This document shows, one piece after another, positions 26,352 through 37,526 of a stretch of DNA of 64,000 bases. Every line of letters starts with the position of its first letter. Within the stretch, counting starts at the first letter, position 1. The translations under genes were made by a program, and so were the position numbers. The stretch covers positions 5,146,001-5,210,000 of the forward strand of contig JBHGNT010000009.1 of NCBI GenBank assembly GCA_043228905.1, given 5' to 3'. Origin of the DNA: Azolla caroliniana (taxonomy: Eukaryota > Plantae > Polypodiophyta). The notes under the pieces were generated by a model. That model saw only the letters and a program-made list of their open reading frames with translations, had not been told where the DNA came from and searched no databases.

Positions 26352-26870
26352 TAAGGTATGGTTAAATAATAATATTCCTATGCATTCAATATTGGCATTT
26401 TGGAAATGGCTGTGGGCTCTACAGATTCCTCGCAAAATGATTACATTTAGATGGTTATGTGTCCACTATGCACTTCTAGTCTTGGAATGGATGCATAGGG
26501 AAAAGGGAACCGAAACTTGCTTTTTTGTGGGCTTCACTTGGAATCAATACAACATGCCTTATGGAACTATATGGCTGCATGTTCTGTTTGGAAACATATG
26601 TTGCGCCTCATTGATGTTGCGTATTGATTACATGGGGAAATGTCTTTTGGATGGATGTAAATGTGGATAAGTATAATTATGAAAGGGAAAAGATACTATT
26701 TACCCTTCAAACTAGGGGACGACAAGTTAAGGACATACCATACTCAAGCTCAAATCGGTTGAATGTGGATCCCACAGTATGGGCATCAGTGGTTCTATGG
26801 AATATTTTGATAGATCAATGCAGAAATGTGTTGAGCAAATTATTGTGTAAAACTTATAGAATCCTCAGAA
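26352..26870 (+). mobile_element. LINE ORF2 3' end (zf-RVT), continuation of the 48057-50420 LINE
   Basis: AKVWLNNNIPMHSILAFWKWLWALQIPRKMITFRWL continues in frame from ...PVA at 48062 across the TSD. Confidence 0.85.
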
Positions 26871-26912
26871 AATAGGATAAACTAGAACAAAGCACGAACA
26901 GAGCAAGGAGCA

Positions 26913-28135
26913 ATGGCTGAACAACAATGGATACTTGATTCGACGCATAGAGGGGGTTCCCGTGCAACTCCCGTCGATCCGCCTTCTAACTCTCCCCATA
27001 TTTCAGGTAAGGTCGTCTCACTCTCCTTGTCAGATAATGATATGACCATTGTGTTGGTAGAAATACATCGGCTAAAGGCGGTCTCTCTGGTGGCGCATAT
27101 GGAAGGATCAAGGCCGAATAAGCATGAGTTGCATCAAATGTTGTATGCATCCTTCCTAGAAGAAATCAATACTATTGTGGACATCCAATTCATGGGAAAA
27201 GGATGCTATCATTTGGAGTTTACAGATACAGTCTTCGTAGGTTGATCGTTTGTTGAAGATCAAACAAACATCGTTGTAGGGCAGTTGGATATCTTTTTAT
27301 AGGTGGACTCAGAATGTGGTTGCAGACGAGATTTTACAGCACAAAGAAGCCCATATGATATTTATGGCCATTTTTGTCCAGCTAATTGCCAAAATGGACC
27401 TTCCTGCCTCCTCAACCTCACTGTAGCCAGAGTGTGAGTTTTCCTTTGTAGGCGGCGTCTTCCTCTCCTCCACAAGATGTGATAACCCCAGGTTTTATTT
27501 GGGTACCCTGAGGAAAAGTAGTAAGGTATTTGGGTTGTCAAGTGGGGTTAGAATTGTCAGCAGAAGATATGGTAACACCCGAAAGTAAGGCTCTTCTTGC
27601 GAAGCATGTTGTGAGAGGATTTATGCCTGGGGATGAGTTCTGGAAAAAGTTATGGTTGTTGTATCTTAGCAACATTAAGCCTACCATAGGAGGATTGTGG
27701 CAGGATAGTTTTAGATGGTTGTTTAATTTTGAATTTCCAATTAAGGCTCAAAATGTTGGTTGTAGGTGATTTTTTACAGATATTTTGAGGGCATGGAAGG
27801 ACATTAGAGAGGCTCTTCTATTTCAACTGCCATCAACAAAAGCCTAGTTTCTAAGGCAACCATTGCTATGGAATCCTTTGTTTACTAATAACTCTGGTTG
27901 TGTTTGAGGTATTAGGCCGCATTTATCGTGGGGGAAAATGAACTTAGGACCAACTACAATTGTGACTGATTGGGAGCGGTTTCAATTTCTCTCAAATGAG
28001 GACAAACAACAATTCTTGTCTTCATTATGTGGGGGATGTTTGATGTCTGTTCACATTCAATAGGCTTTTCGGAATTGTCAAAGGAAAATTAACTTACATA
28101 ATAATTATACATGGTATGGTCTTTTCTCTCCTTTT
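26913..28135 (+). mobile_element. Internally deleted LINE: ORF1 start (26913-27245) fused to an ORF2 post-RT segment
   Basis: DUF4283-like IVDIQFMGKGCYHLEF, then LLAKHVVRG..PGDEFWK..RQPLLWNPL, homologous to 48412-48819. Confidence 0.7.
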
Positions 28136-28259
28136 GTCTCGATCCCTTCGCTCAGGGGTGGTCGGGTGGATCGGCACCCTTCTTTCTCTCTCTCCTTTCT
28201 TTCTATCTACCTAGATCTATCCTTATCTAATGCTTACTTTAGTACATGTCTCTAATATT

Positions 28260-28271
28260 TGGTATCTGAGC
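28260..28271 (+). promoter_or_regulatory. Primer binding site, tRNA-iMet type
   Basis: TGGTATCTGAGC versus canonical TGGTATCAGAGC, 2 nt after the LTR end. Confidence 0.88.
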
Positions 28272-28504
28272 TTATGTACTAATGTTTCTTTTGTTGGTCT
28301 TATCTTCTCGATGGATGGCGATCGACTGTTGTGCGGTTGGCCTTCATGCAAACAAGGATCAACAAGGAACTTCGGTAATCTTTCTTGTTATTTTTTGTCT
28401 ATTTTTTCTTCTCCCATCTAATCATGTGTATGGTTAATATGTAGATTATTTTCATTAATTAAATGATGTTGTAGTGGTATTTAATTGGTTATCTAAAACG
28501 CTTA

Positions 28505-28770
28505 CATATGTGCACAAGGTCAATACCTTGTTTGACATATAAATAATATGTGATGAGTGTCGTATGCGTACGAGGTTAATACCTCAATTACATATTATGT
28601 TCACGAACATATGTTATGTTTGCGTATGAGGTCAACACCTCGATTTTGTTGTAAATGATATGCGTTTGGTCTCGTATGCGTAAGAGGTAAATACCTCAAT
28701 TGCGTATTACGTTGAACCCTTATTTTTGGATGTCTCGTGTGCGTAGAGTTATATGCCTCGATTACGTATC
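28505..28770. repeat. Array of 5 hairpin motifs with a 56-bp period in the retroelement leader
   Basis: (G/A)AGGT-N4-ACCT(C/T) cores start at 28516, 28572, 28628 and 28684, with a degenerate copy at 28746. Confidence 0.75.
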
Positions 28771-29821
28771 TCGATTACGTCATTTTTGGCTATTAAATAT
28801 AACAATTTCTTTAATATAGGCATATGTGGTCACGTGTATACATAGTTGATCATATATATGTGATAATATACATATGTGTATATAAGTTATTATGTGATTT
28901 TAAATCGAATGTTTTCCTTTTCGGGGAAAGGTTCTTGGTGGCCGTCCTCACATTTTTGTGAGAATCGTGTTGTCACCATCCCTTTTTTCAACAATTTTTT
29001 ATTGTTGAAATCCCCATTGGTGACTTTGATATTTCGTTACGTAAAGAAACGCCAATAGCCATAATGATGTTGACTACGTAGGGTTTGACCCACTTCATGT
29101 GAGGTCGCTCTTATGACACACGTATCCAACATCCCTCCCTCATTACATGGATACGATGCCACCATGAGATCATTCTTACGAGAGGCATTCGTAATGACGT
29201 GATGAGCCACATGGGCCTACTACGAAAAGAGGGCTCATTTGGCTTGACCAATAGGTTGCACTTTGGCGTATGCCATCGTAATTACAAGACTTGAGGTTAG
29301 GTAACGTACCAACATAGTTGTAGTAAATGAGAGCAAAATAAGGACTCTTGACATATATGTTTCTTTTAAAAAAACATATATGGGCAAATGCCTCGCATAT
29401 CTCTTATACGCATGAAACATTAAACATTCAAGAAGAGCAACCTTCTTGGTTGGCTCAAGTGTTTAATGCATTTGTTCTCGAGGTCTCGAGTTCAAATATG
29501 ACCAAGACCATACAACATCCTTGATGCATATGATTATAACACATGTTTAGACTTGAGGTCTAAGTGCAGTTCGGGGTCCTCGTAATAGGACTTAAAGAGC
29601 CGAAACCACATATGTGGGCACCGAAACATAGTTTATTGTTAACATTTTTTTCGTGTATAAACTATTCATGACGCGAACATACATGGTTGAGCCTCGGGGA
29701 GCCACCATGAAAAAATCGATATAGAGATCAAGGAAAGACATTTATTTGTCACCCCCATGATTTTTAAAACACCTTTGTGTTACCATAGTAACCTGATCTT
29801 GAACCTCATCTCATACGATTA

Positions 29822-32356
29822 ATGTTTGCCCATGATAGGTTTACATCACGACAGGATGTTATGACTATCTCTCTGACCTTATCCTATTTCTTTTCCAGAA
29901 ATAATCATTTAATGGCTCAAAATAACGACCCGATGTCCTCCGCTCAAGCAGAAGGAACTCAAGGGAATCCTCCTGGACAAATGTCCATTGAGATGTATTT
30001 TTCGCAAATAACCCAATACCTTAGTTTCACCGCTCAACAGATGATTGAACTTCGGCAATCTCAAAGTGCTCTCGAGGCACGTGTCATTAGTCTACAACGT
30101 GAGACTAATAGACCTGATGAGCGACAGGGTGAACCATCGTTTGTCGTTAAGCCATTTACGGGAGACAAAAAGGAAAGAACCGAAGAAGCAATCTGCACGT
30201 GGTTGGGTCGATGGGAGTCTCATTTTGAGCTCTATCCCACGCCAGATAGTACGAAGATTTCATATGTCAACCGAGAACTAGGGAGTAAGGCCGCCGCCTG
30301 GTGGCGTGGGCTCCGTACTTTGGGGAAATTGCCCGATACCTGGACAAATTTTGTCACAGTTTTCAAGGGCCAATTTCTACAACCTCCATCTCGAACCGAG
30401 GTAGCACAAGCTTTAATGAACCTCTCTAGCAGGAAGTTTTCCTCACTAGAAGACTATGTCCACCATGCTAGAACCCAAATCCAAAAATCGGGTCTAGAAG
30501 GGGACAATTGGTTAATAGCTTGTTTTGTCAATGGCATCCCCAATTCGGACTATCACTGGATAGTGAATGATAAGGATCCAAAATCCTTCGAAGAGGCCGT
30601 TGAAATAGTTCTTTGCTATCAACGCACTTCGAAGAAGGACCACAATAAACCCAACGAAGCGCCCGGGACTAAGCAATCATAATTCGCTGGGAAACGCAAG
30701 CCACCCAACGAATTCATGGATCGCAATTGTAAGCGACAACATCCTTTTTGCGTATTCTACAAAAAGAAGGGTCATACAAAAGAACAATGTCGAAAGCTCC
30801 AACGGAAAGAGCACGAAAACAAAGCTAAACATGCAGACCATAAAGGTCAGATTCCTAATGTCCTTTAGGTCTATACACATCATTTAAGTAATTGTCAATG
30901 TTCTTTCCCTCACTATGTATTGGGTCCCAATCATTTACTACGTGCAAACGGGTATATCAATGGATCTCCCGTACAATTTTGTTTGATTCGGGAAGCTCAC
31001 ACAACTTTGTGAATGATCGTTTGGTTCAAATATGGGGAATCCAACCCACCGTAAGTGATCACACCTATTACGGTGCACTTGGTTGATGGAAGAGTACAAT
31101 ACATCAACAGGGTGATTCATTCATTAGGAATTTCTATTGATACTTATATAGAGGAAGTAGACTTCCATGTAATGAATCTTTCTACCACCGATGTAATATT
31201 GGGTTATCCCTGGTTTTATAATAAAAACTCTTCTTTATCTATTGATTGGGTTCATCATTCAATTACATTTGTACTGAACGATTGTACTCATTTTATTCAA
31301 TGTGTAAAAAAACAATCCCTCTCGATTGTTTCCTCGTGTCCATCAATATCCAAGTTGTCTTGTTCTACTCTATTTTATTGTGTACTTGATCCGAACATTC
31401 ACGTTTACAATATCAATAATGTCTCGGTTCAATTAACATATTTTGAACAACAACAACTTGATGAAATCTTAAATGATTTTCATGATGTTTTTCCGACTAA
31501 ACTACCAGATGGCTTACCTCCTAAACGTAATATAGACCATCGTATAGATATTGTACCTGGTGTTGCACCAATAAGTATACCTCCTTATCACTTAAGTCAA
31601 TCTGAAGAGGATGAGGTAGCTAAGCAACTCAAGGACTATTTACGAATGGGTTATATACGTTATAGCAAATCTCCATGGGGGGCACCAGTTCTCTTGGTTA
31701 AAAAGAAAGAGGGCACATGGCATATGTGTATTAATTACCGACGCTTGAATAAAGTGACGATCAAGAATTCGTATCCATTGCCCCGGGCTGACAATCTAAT
31801 TGACCGTCTTCAAGGAGCTCGGTATTTTACGAAACTTGATCTCCGTACTGGCTACCATCAAATTCATATAAGTGAGGACGATGTTCCTAAAACGGCATTT
31901 CGTACGCACTATGGCCATTATGAGTTTCTGGTTATGCTTTTGGTTTGACCAATGCTCTGGCTACATTTCAACAAGAAATGAATGACATTTTTCTAGAACA
32001 ACTTGGAAAATTTGTCGTTATTTTCTTGGATGATATTTTAGTTTATAGTTGTACATTACAAGAACATGTTAAACATGTCCACTATGTTTTACAAACATTG
32101 CGTGACAAACAATTTTATGCGAAGATCTCAAAATGTGAGTTCTTCAAGAAATCAATTACTTATCTTGGACACCTCATAACTGAACGGGGAGTTAAAATTG
32201 ATCCTTCTCGCATCAAGAAAATCAAGCTTTGGCCCACTCTTCGAAATATTCGAGAAGTTCGATCATTCCTTGGTTTTATCGGGTTTTGGTGAAAATCTCT
32301 TTGTAATTACTCCCAATTGACGACACCGTTTACTGATCCTCTAAAAGGTCAAACGT
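29822..32356 (+). pseudogene. gag-PR-RT of the outer chromovirus (stops and frameshifts)
   Basis: [62 protein letters not shown]. The likely true start is ATG 29912. Confidence 0.9.
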
Positions 32357-32974
32357 TGTCGTGAAGAAAACCGACCATAGGCGGAATCGGAGAGAAAGCG
32401 CGTAAATCGGCCCCTACATGGATGGACCCGTGACTGTATACTTTGTACACGAACCGGTGGATGTGACTACTAAGCCACACGCATTTATTAGAGGGGATTG
32501 TGCATATCCCAGAGAGGGGACAGGGAATAAAAGGAAGAAGGGAAGAGAAAAATGGCATCGCGCGCGAGGAGGAGGAGGGCGGTTGCTGCAGAACAGAAGG
32601 TGGAGCTCTCTCTCTTCGACTCGAATCGTCGCTCTCTGCGGGTGTCGGGAGGTCGCTGCCTCTGCTTCGTGGACAGCCCGTGTGCTTCCAACAGAGTCGC
32701 TCCCCTTCCACCTTTGTTTCTTTGAGTCGATGACTGTCGTCGGTGTGTGTGAGTAGGGTCCCCGTGTCGGGCCCGTCGCCGCTTTGTCGGTTGTAACTGT
32801 CAGAGTTTGTAATCTCTGTCATTATAATTAAGTGTTACGTTCTGTTTCTCTCTTTCTCGCTTCTACGTGTCGGTGAATCTGTCTCTCTCTCTGTCTCTCT
32901 TTCTCTCTCGCTCCTCGGTCCAAGACCCTCGTGGTCCCGCCCCTTTCTACACGCACGCGCGTAACAACGCGACA
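32357..32974 (+). repeat. 5' LTR of the Trp-primed element
   Basis: Direct repeat of 44385-44992 with TG...CA ends. Confidence 0.95.
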
Positions 32975-32978
32975 TCAT

Positions 32979-32996
32979 TGGTGAACCCGACGTGAA
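32979..32996 (+). promoter_or_regulatory. Primer binding site complementary to the 3' end of tRNA-Trp
   Basis: TGGTGAACCCGACGTGAA is the reverse complement of TTCACGTCGGGTTCACCA, the 3' end of plant cytosolic tRNA-Trp as I recall it. Confidence 0.85.
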
Positions 32997-33045
32997 AGGG
33001 CGGCAAAGGAGTCGAGAGATGAGGGGATTGGAACTAGCATAGGCA

Positions 33046-35109
33046 ATGGTGGTGGCCATCGACCGGCTGGTGAGCGCTCGTGAGGGAACGGGTACCCTCG
33101 ACAGAGCCATTGAATCGATCGTCAGCTCTATAGGCCGTTTCGGAGGGAAAGACGCCACAAGTTATTTGGAGGCTTACTGGGCCGAAATGATCATGAGGGA
33201 TATCTCGGTGGACAGGCGGTTGTCCGGATTCCCTCGGGTGGTGACGCCGGGCATCCATGCGGAGGTGCTCGAGGTGCTGGCCGGATGCCAAACTTGGGAG
33301 GAGTTCGAGCTGCAGCTCCTCGAGAAGTACGGTTTTAACAACTCGCTCCGGCTATCGAGGCGGGACTTCATGGCGTGGGTGGAAAGCCCCGGAAAGGGGA
33401 GGAACACATCGGTGCTCCTCCAGGAGTTCGAAAAACGGTTCGCGCGGTTGTCGACGCTAGACCAGACGGTGCTCAAAACAAGTCGAGTACTGTTGTTTGT
33501 CAAGTCAGTGGATACGCTCGACAGGGAAAAGGTGGGGCCCCTATTGGAAACAGACGAAGGGCTCACGACGGACTGGGCCGTGGTAAAACGGATCTGCAGC
33601 CGTTTCGACAAACGGCGCGATTGGAGCGACGGAAGCACGTCAGGGTCGGGGCCGGTCCCAGGGAGGAGGCTCGAGGAGCCGGTTTCGGTGCCGGCTGGGA
33701 GGAAGGAAGAGACCCGAATCTGGCCGGAGTCGGGGTCGGCATCGAACGACGTGGTCAGAGGCCCATCCGGAGGAGCGGCTCTAGAGGAGCTAACACAGAT
33801 GGTGCGCGACCTGCAGATCGCACAGGCCCGAAGAGACAACGGTGAACAACCTCGCGACCGGAGGCCGCCGGCTGGGCAGCGGTGCATGTGGTGTGACGCG
33901 ATTGGTCACATTCGGAAGGACTGCGCAGATTTCGCCGATGCGCTCAGAACCAACATGGTGTACCTCTGGAACGGGCGGGTGCACGCGAGCGAGACCCGAA
34001 GAGCCCTGGAACTGAATGCGGGGCGCGGCGGAATGAAGAGGTTGATGGAAGAGGTCGCGGCACGGCACGTCGAAGCCGTTAACTACTCAGTGTCGGCGGG
34101 AATTCGGGTCGGGGGTGATGAGACCCGGAAGGCGAAGGACTCTGAATTCTGGCCGCTAGTGCTAGAAGGCCTCTCCGGGGTTCGGCTGAGGAAGGAAGAG
34201 GCAGACCGCGCGGAACAGCGGGTCCAGGAGGTCACCGGTTGGGACGATCCGGTGGAAGAGAAAACGGGCTTCATAGAAGCCACTTGCCAGAACTACGAGG
34301 TTCTGGTGGAGGACAAACGGGCAGGAAAGGCTAGAGGGGTTGGGCCCCCGAGGTATGAGAACCAGTTCGGGCCAAAACCGACTGGTGCCGGCAACCCAGG
34401 CGTGCCAGATGGGAAGAAGCAGGCGGGGTTTCTGTTGAGCACCGAAATCGAGAGAGCAACGGACCTACGGAAGGTCCTTGAAGAGTGAATCCTCGACAAT
34501 AAAGTGGAGTTGTCGTTGCGGGAGGTGCTAGGAATCGCCAAGAGGGAGTTCCGCGACTCTATCGTAGACTTGGTAAAGCAGAAGAGGCTCTTGACGGAGC
34601 CGGAGCCGGAACCGGAGAATCCGGTGGAAGTGCGGACCACGCACTTGGAAGACGGAGCCAGGGCGACTACGAAAACCCATGTACGGATCGGCAACGTTCT
34701 AGAACCGGTGGTGGCGTTGGTAGACCATGGATCCGAAATCAACCTAATGTCCATGGATTTCTACAAGAAGGGTAAATGGCCGATCAACACCAAGCATGGC
34801 TGGAAGATATGGGCAGCGATGCGCGCCACGGAAGAACTACATGGGGCCTGTCCGAACGTACGGGTGAAAATCGGCGATGTCGAGATCGACCAGCACTTCT
34901 TCGTGCAGGAGACGTCCTCGCATCCGGTTATACTAGGAGAGCCATATATCACGGCGGCACGGATGGAGACCAAGGTGCTGGACAACGATTCAGCCTATGC
35001 AAGAGTCAAAAGCCAGGACGGGCGCCACTTGGTACAGTTCCTAACGGTGAGACCAAACCACGAGCGCAACCGCGACGCCCTCGACAGCGAAACCCGAGGG
35101 GATTTTTAG
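33046..35109 (+). pseudogene. Gag-protease of the Trp-primed element (in-frame TGA at 34486)
   Basis: Zinc knuckle-like CMWCDAIGHIRKDC and aspartic protease ALVDHGSEINLM. ORFs 33046-34488 and 34504-35109 share a frame. Confidence 0.85.
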
Positions 35110-35763
35110 AGAGGGCTATCAAGGCGTGGGGCCGCGATAGTCCGGACACCCGGGAACAACCCCACAAATGTACAGTACGGAAGAAGACTTGTACCATGGG
35201 TAGGAAGTTTTGGTTCTCCGACAACGGAGGTTGTACTATAACCGGCGTCAGCGGCTGGGAGAGGAAGCGAACGAAGGAGCGGCTCAAGGGATGCGGATTC
35301 CTCTTCCCCGACGAAGACATCAGCGGCGCCGTGGAGGCGGTCTCTTTTGACGACACCTTGGGCGAACTACGAAAGGTGATCGAAGACCTTAGAGATGACC
35401 GGACCGTTCCGGTAGGATCGATGGGATTGTACGAAGTCATCGTGGACTTCGGGGAAAGGATCAGGTCGGATCGGATGGCCCGCGTGGATACGAAATACAA
35501 GACTATGGACCAGAAGGTGAGGCCAGTCGCGGCACCCTTGCCGGAGGGCAGCGAGGAGCGGATAAAAGGGGTCGTGTCGGACCCAAGTTTACGGAATCCG
35601 GCTAGCATAGGGCACCGGTTCACCGACATAACGCTATGGGAGCTCAAGGTCGGTGGGGGCGGCTTCCTACTGCCGGCGGAGGAGGACCGGTTTCGGAGAA
35701 TGTTCGGAAGGCACGGGAAGGCTTTCGCATTCTCACCGGAGGAGATTGGGTGCGTAGACCCGA

Positions 35764-36053
35764 TGTCATAACTAGACTCGAACCCATAACCTTTTGTTAC
35801 ACGGGTCGAGACTTTACCATTAGGTTATGAGTTGTAATTTGAAGGATATTATTTTCATTTAGGTTTTATTAGGAAATTGATGTATATTCCAGATTTCTCT
35901 GGAACATTCTAGAAACTTCAGGAGTATTCCTGAAGACACTATAAAAGGAGGCGCAAGGCATTAGTTCGAACCAAATCGGTTCAACGCCAGTCTTAAGCCT
36001 TCTAACTACTGTTGTATATCTTCCGTCATATAATACATATATCTTTCGCATCA

Positions 36054-36109
<56 letters not shown>

Positions 36110-36242
36110 ACTCATTCCTTCTCTCAAAGTTCGACACCTCTCATAGTACTAATCCTTCTCTGTCTTAGTACTATTCCCCAACAATAGTACTAATCCTTCT
36201 TTTAGTACTAATTCCTTCTCTGCCTTAATAGAGTTCCTGACA
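35764..36242 (+). repeat. 5' LTR of chromovirus copy 2
   Basis: TGTCA...TGACA with TATAAAA at 35940. Confidence 0.96.
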
Positions 36243-36330
36243 GTTTGAACCGATTTCTCCTACTAGTCTCCCTCTTCCTTCTGTCTCTCTCCTTTCCTAC
36301 TAGTCTCTTATTTCCCTTTTCCTTCATCCC

Positions 36331-37500
36331 ATGGCCACCGTTAGCGCTGAAGAGTATCAATCCGTTTTCTCGGAATTTCAATGCTTGAAAGAGAAGTTTC
36401 ATGCTTTGGAACAAGAAAATCAACGCTTGTTGGGGGATCTTCAGCAAATTTCCTTAGAAAAGCAGCAAACGCAACAACATCATGGGGAACTTGCGTTACG
36501 CGTGCAACAACTCGAAGCAACCATCGTAGCAATGCAACAACAAGGGCACGGAGCACAAGGGATTCATAAAGAACCCAAGATTGGCCTTCCCACGAAGTTC
36601 GATGGAACGCGATCGCAGTTTAGAGGGTTTCTTAACCAGGTACGGTTAGTTATTCAAATGCATCCGTCCCGATATCCCACCGATGCATCACGAGTGGGTT
36701 TAGTAGGCACGTTGTTAAATGGCTCAGCATTAGCATGGTTCGCTCCGCTACTAGAAAAGGAATCTCCAGTACTAAATAATTTTGAAGAATTCATAAGTGA
36801 GTTTAAAGCATGTTTTGGAGATACTGACAGCATAAGGACTGCAATCAACAAAATCCGGCGATTACGCCAAGGTGACCGTCCAGCCTCCGCATATGCTGCA
36901 GATTTCCGCCTACTCGCCGCCGATATCCCCTGGGATGATCAAGCATTGATGGAGCAGTTCCGCTATGGTCTACGCAACGATGTCAAGGATTTACTCTTGA
37001 CTTTCCCTGAAGAGCCAAAATCATTAACAGAAGCAATCAGTCGAGCGGTCAGATGTGACAACCGCCTCTTCGAGCGACGTTCGGAACGACAATTTCAGAT
37101 GCCGAGGGCAAGATCCGAGCCTACCTATGCCTCAATGGTAGCGAAACCTTTTCAAAGGGAGTCACATAATGCGCCTCCAGTAAGTACTCCAACTCCAATG
37201 GAAATTGACACTACACGTCGTCGTGGGCCGCTATCGGAGGAGGAAAAGCAACGACGCCGAACAAACCGATTATGCCTTTATTGCGGTGGACCAGGGCATA
37301 TCGCGATAAACTGTCCCCATAGACCAAGAAGGCAGGTAAACCAAGTCATTGTTAGTTCTGACTATACTAAACCCGAGTCTATGTCAGTAGGAATCTCTGA
37401 TAATCCTCATAGTCATAATAGTCCTAATAGTACTAATAGTCCGAATCTCGCAAACAAATTTGATGTCCTTAGCCAATTAGAAGAAGAGTTAAACGACTAA
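36331..37500 (+). CDS. gag: Retrotransposon Gag (capsid + CCHC knuckle)
   Basis: Close paralogue of 13323-14480, with CLYCGGPGHIAINC. Confidence 0.95.
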   Translation: MATVSAEEYQSVFSEFQCLKEKFHALEQENQRLLGDLQQISLEKQQTQQHHGELALRVQQLEATIVAMQQQGHGAQGIHKEPKIGLPTKFDGTRSQFRGFLNQVRLVIQMHPSRYPTDASRVGLVGTLLNGSALAWFAPLLEKESPVLNNFEEFISEFKACFGDTDSIRTAINKIRRLRQGDRPASAYAADFRLLAADIPWDDQALMEQFRYGLRNDVKDLLLTFPEEPKSLTEAISRAVRCDNRLFERRSERQFQMPRARSEPTYASMVAKPFQRESHNAPPVSTPTPMEIDTTRRRGPLSEEEKQRRRTNRLCLYCGGPGHIAINCPHRPRRQVNQVIVSSDYTKPESMSVGISDNPHSHNSPNSTNSPNLANKFDVLSQLEEELND

Positions 37501-37526
37501 GTCCAGCCAAAATAGGAGCCGTTTGG

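Noticed and set aside
28505-28770. CRISPR-like repeat-spacer appearance
   Set aside because: Eukaryotic retroelement leader, degenerate repeats and no cas genes. Kept only as a hairpin array.
32349-32822. ORFs on both strands of the GC-rich LTRs (also 44269-44850)
   Set aside because: Chance ORFs in duplicated GC-rich LTR sequence with no recognisable domain.
33174-33887. Long antisense ORFs within gag/pol (also 35006-35647)
   Set aside because: Shadow ORFs expected opposite GC-rich coding sequence.
35869-36111. ERERER ORFs (also 41182-41412)
   Set aside because: Translation of the (CT)n microsatellite in the LTRs.
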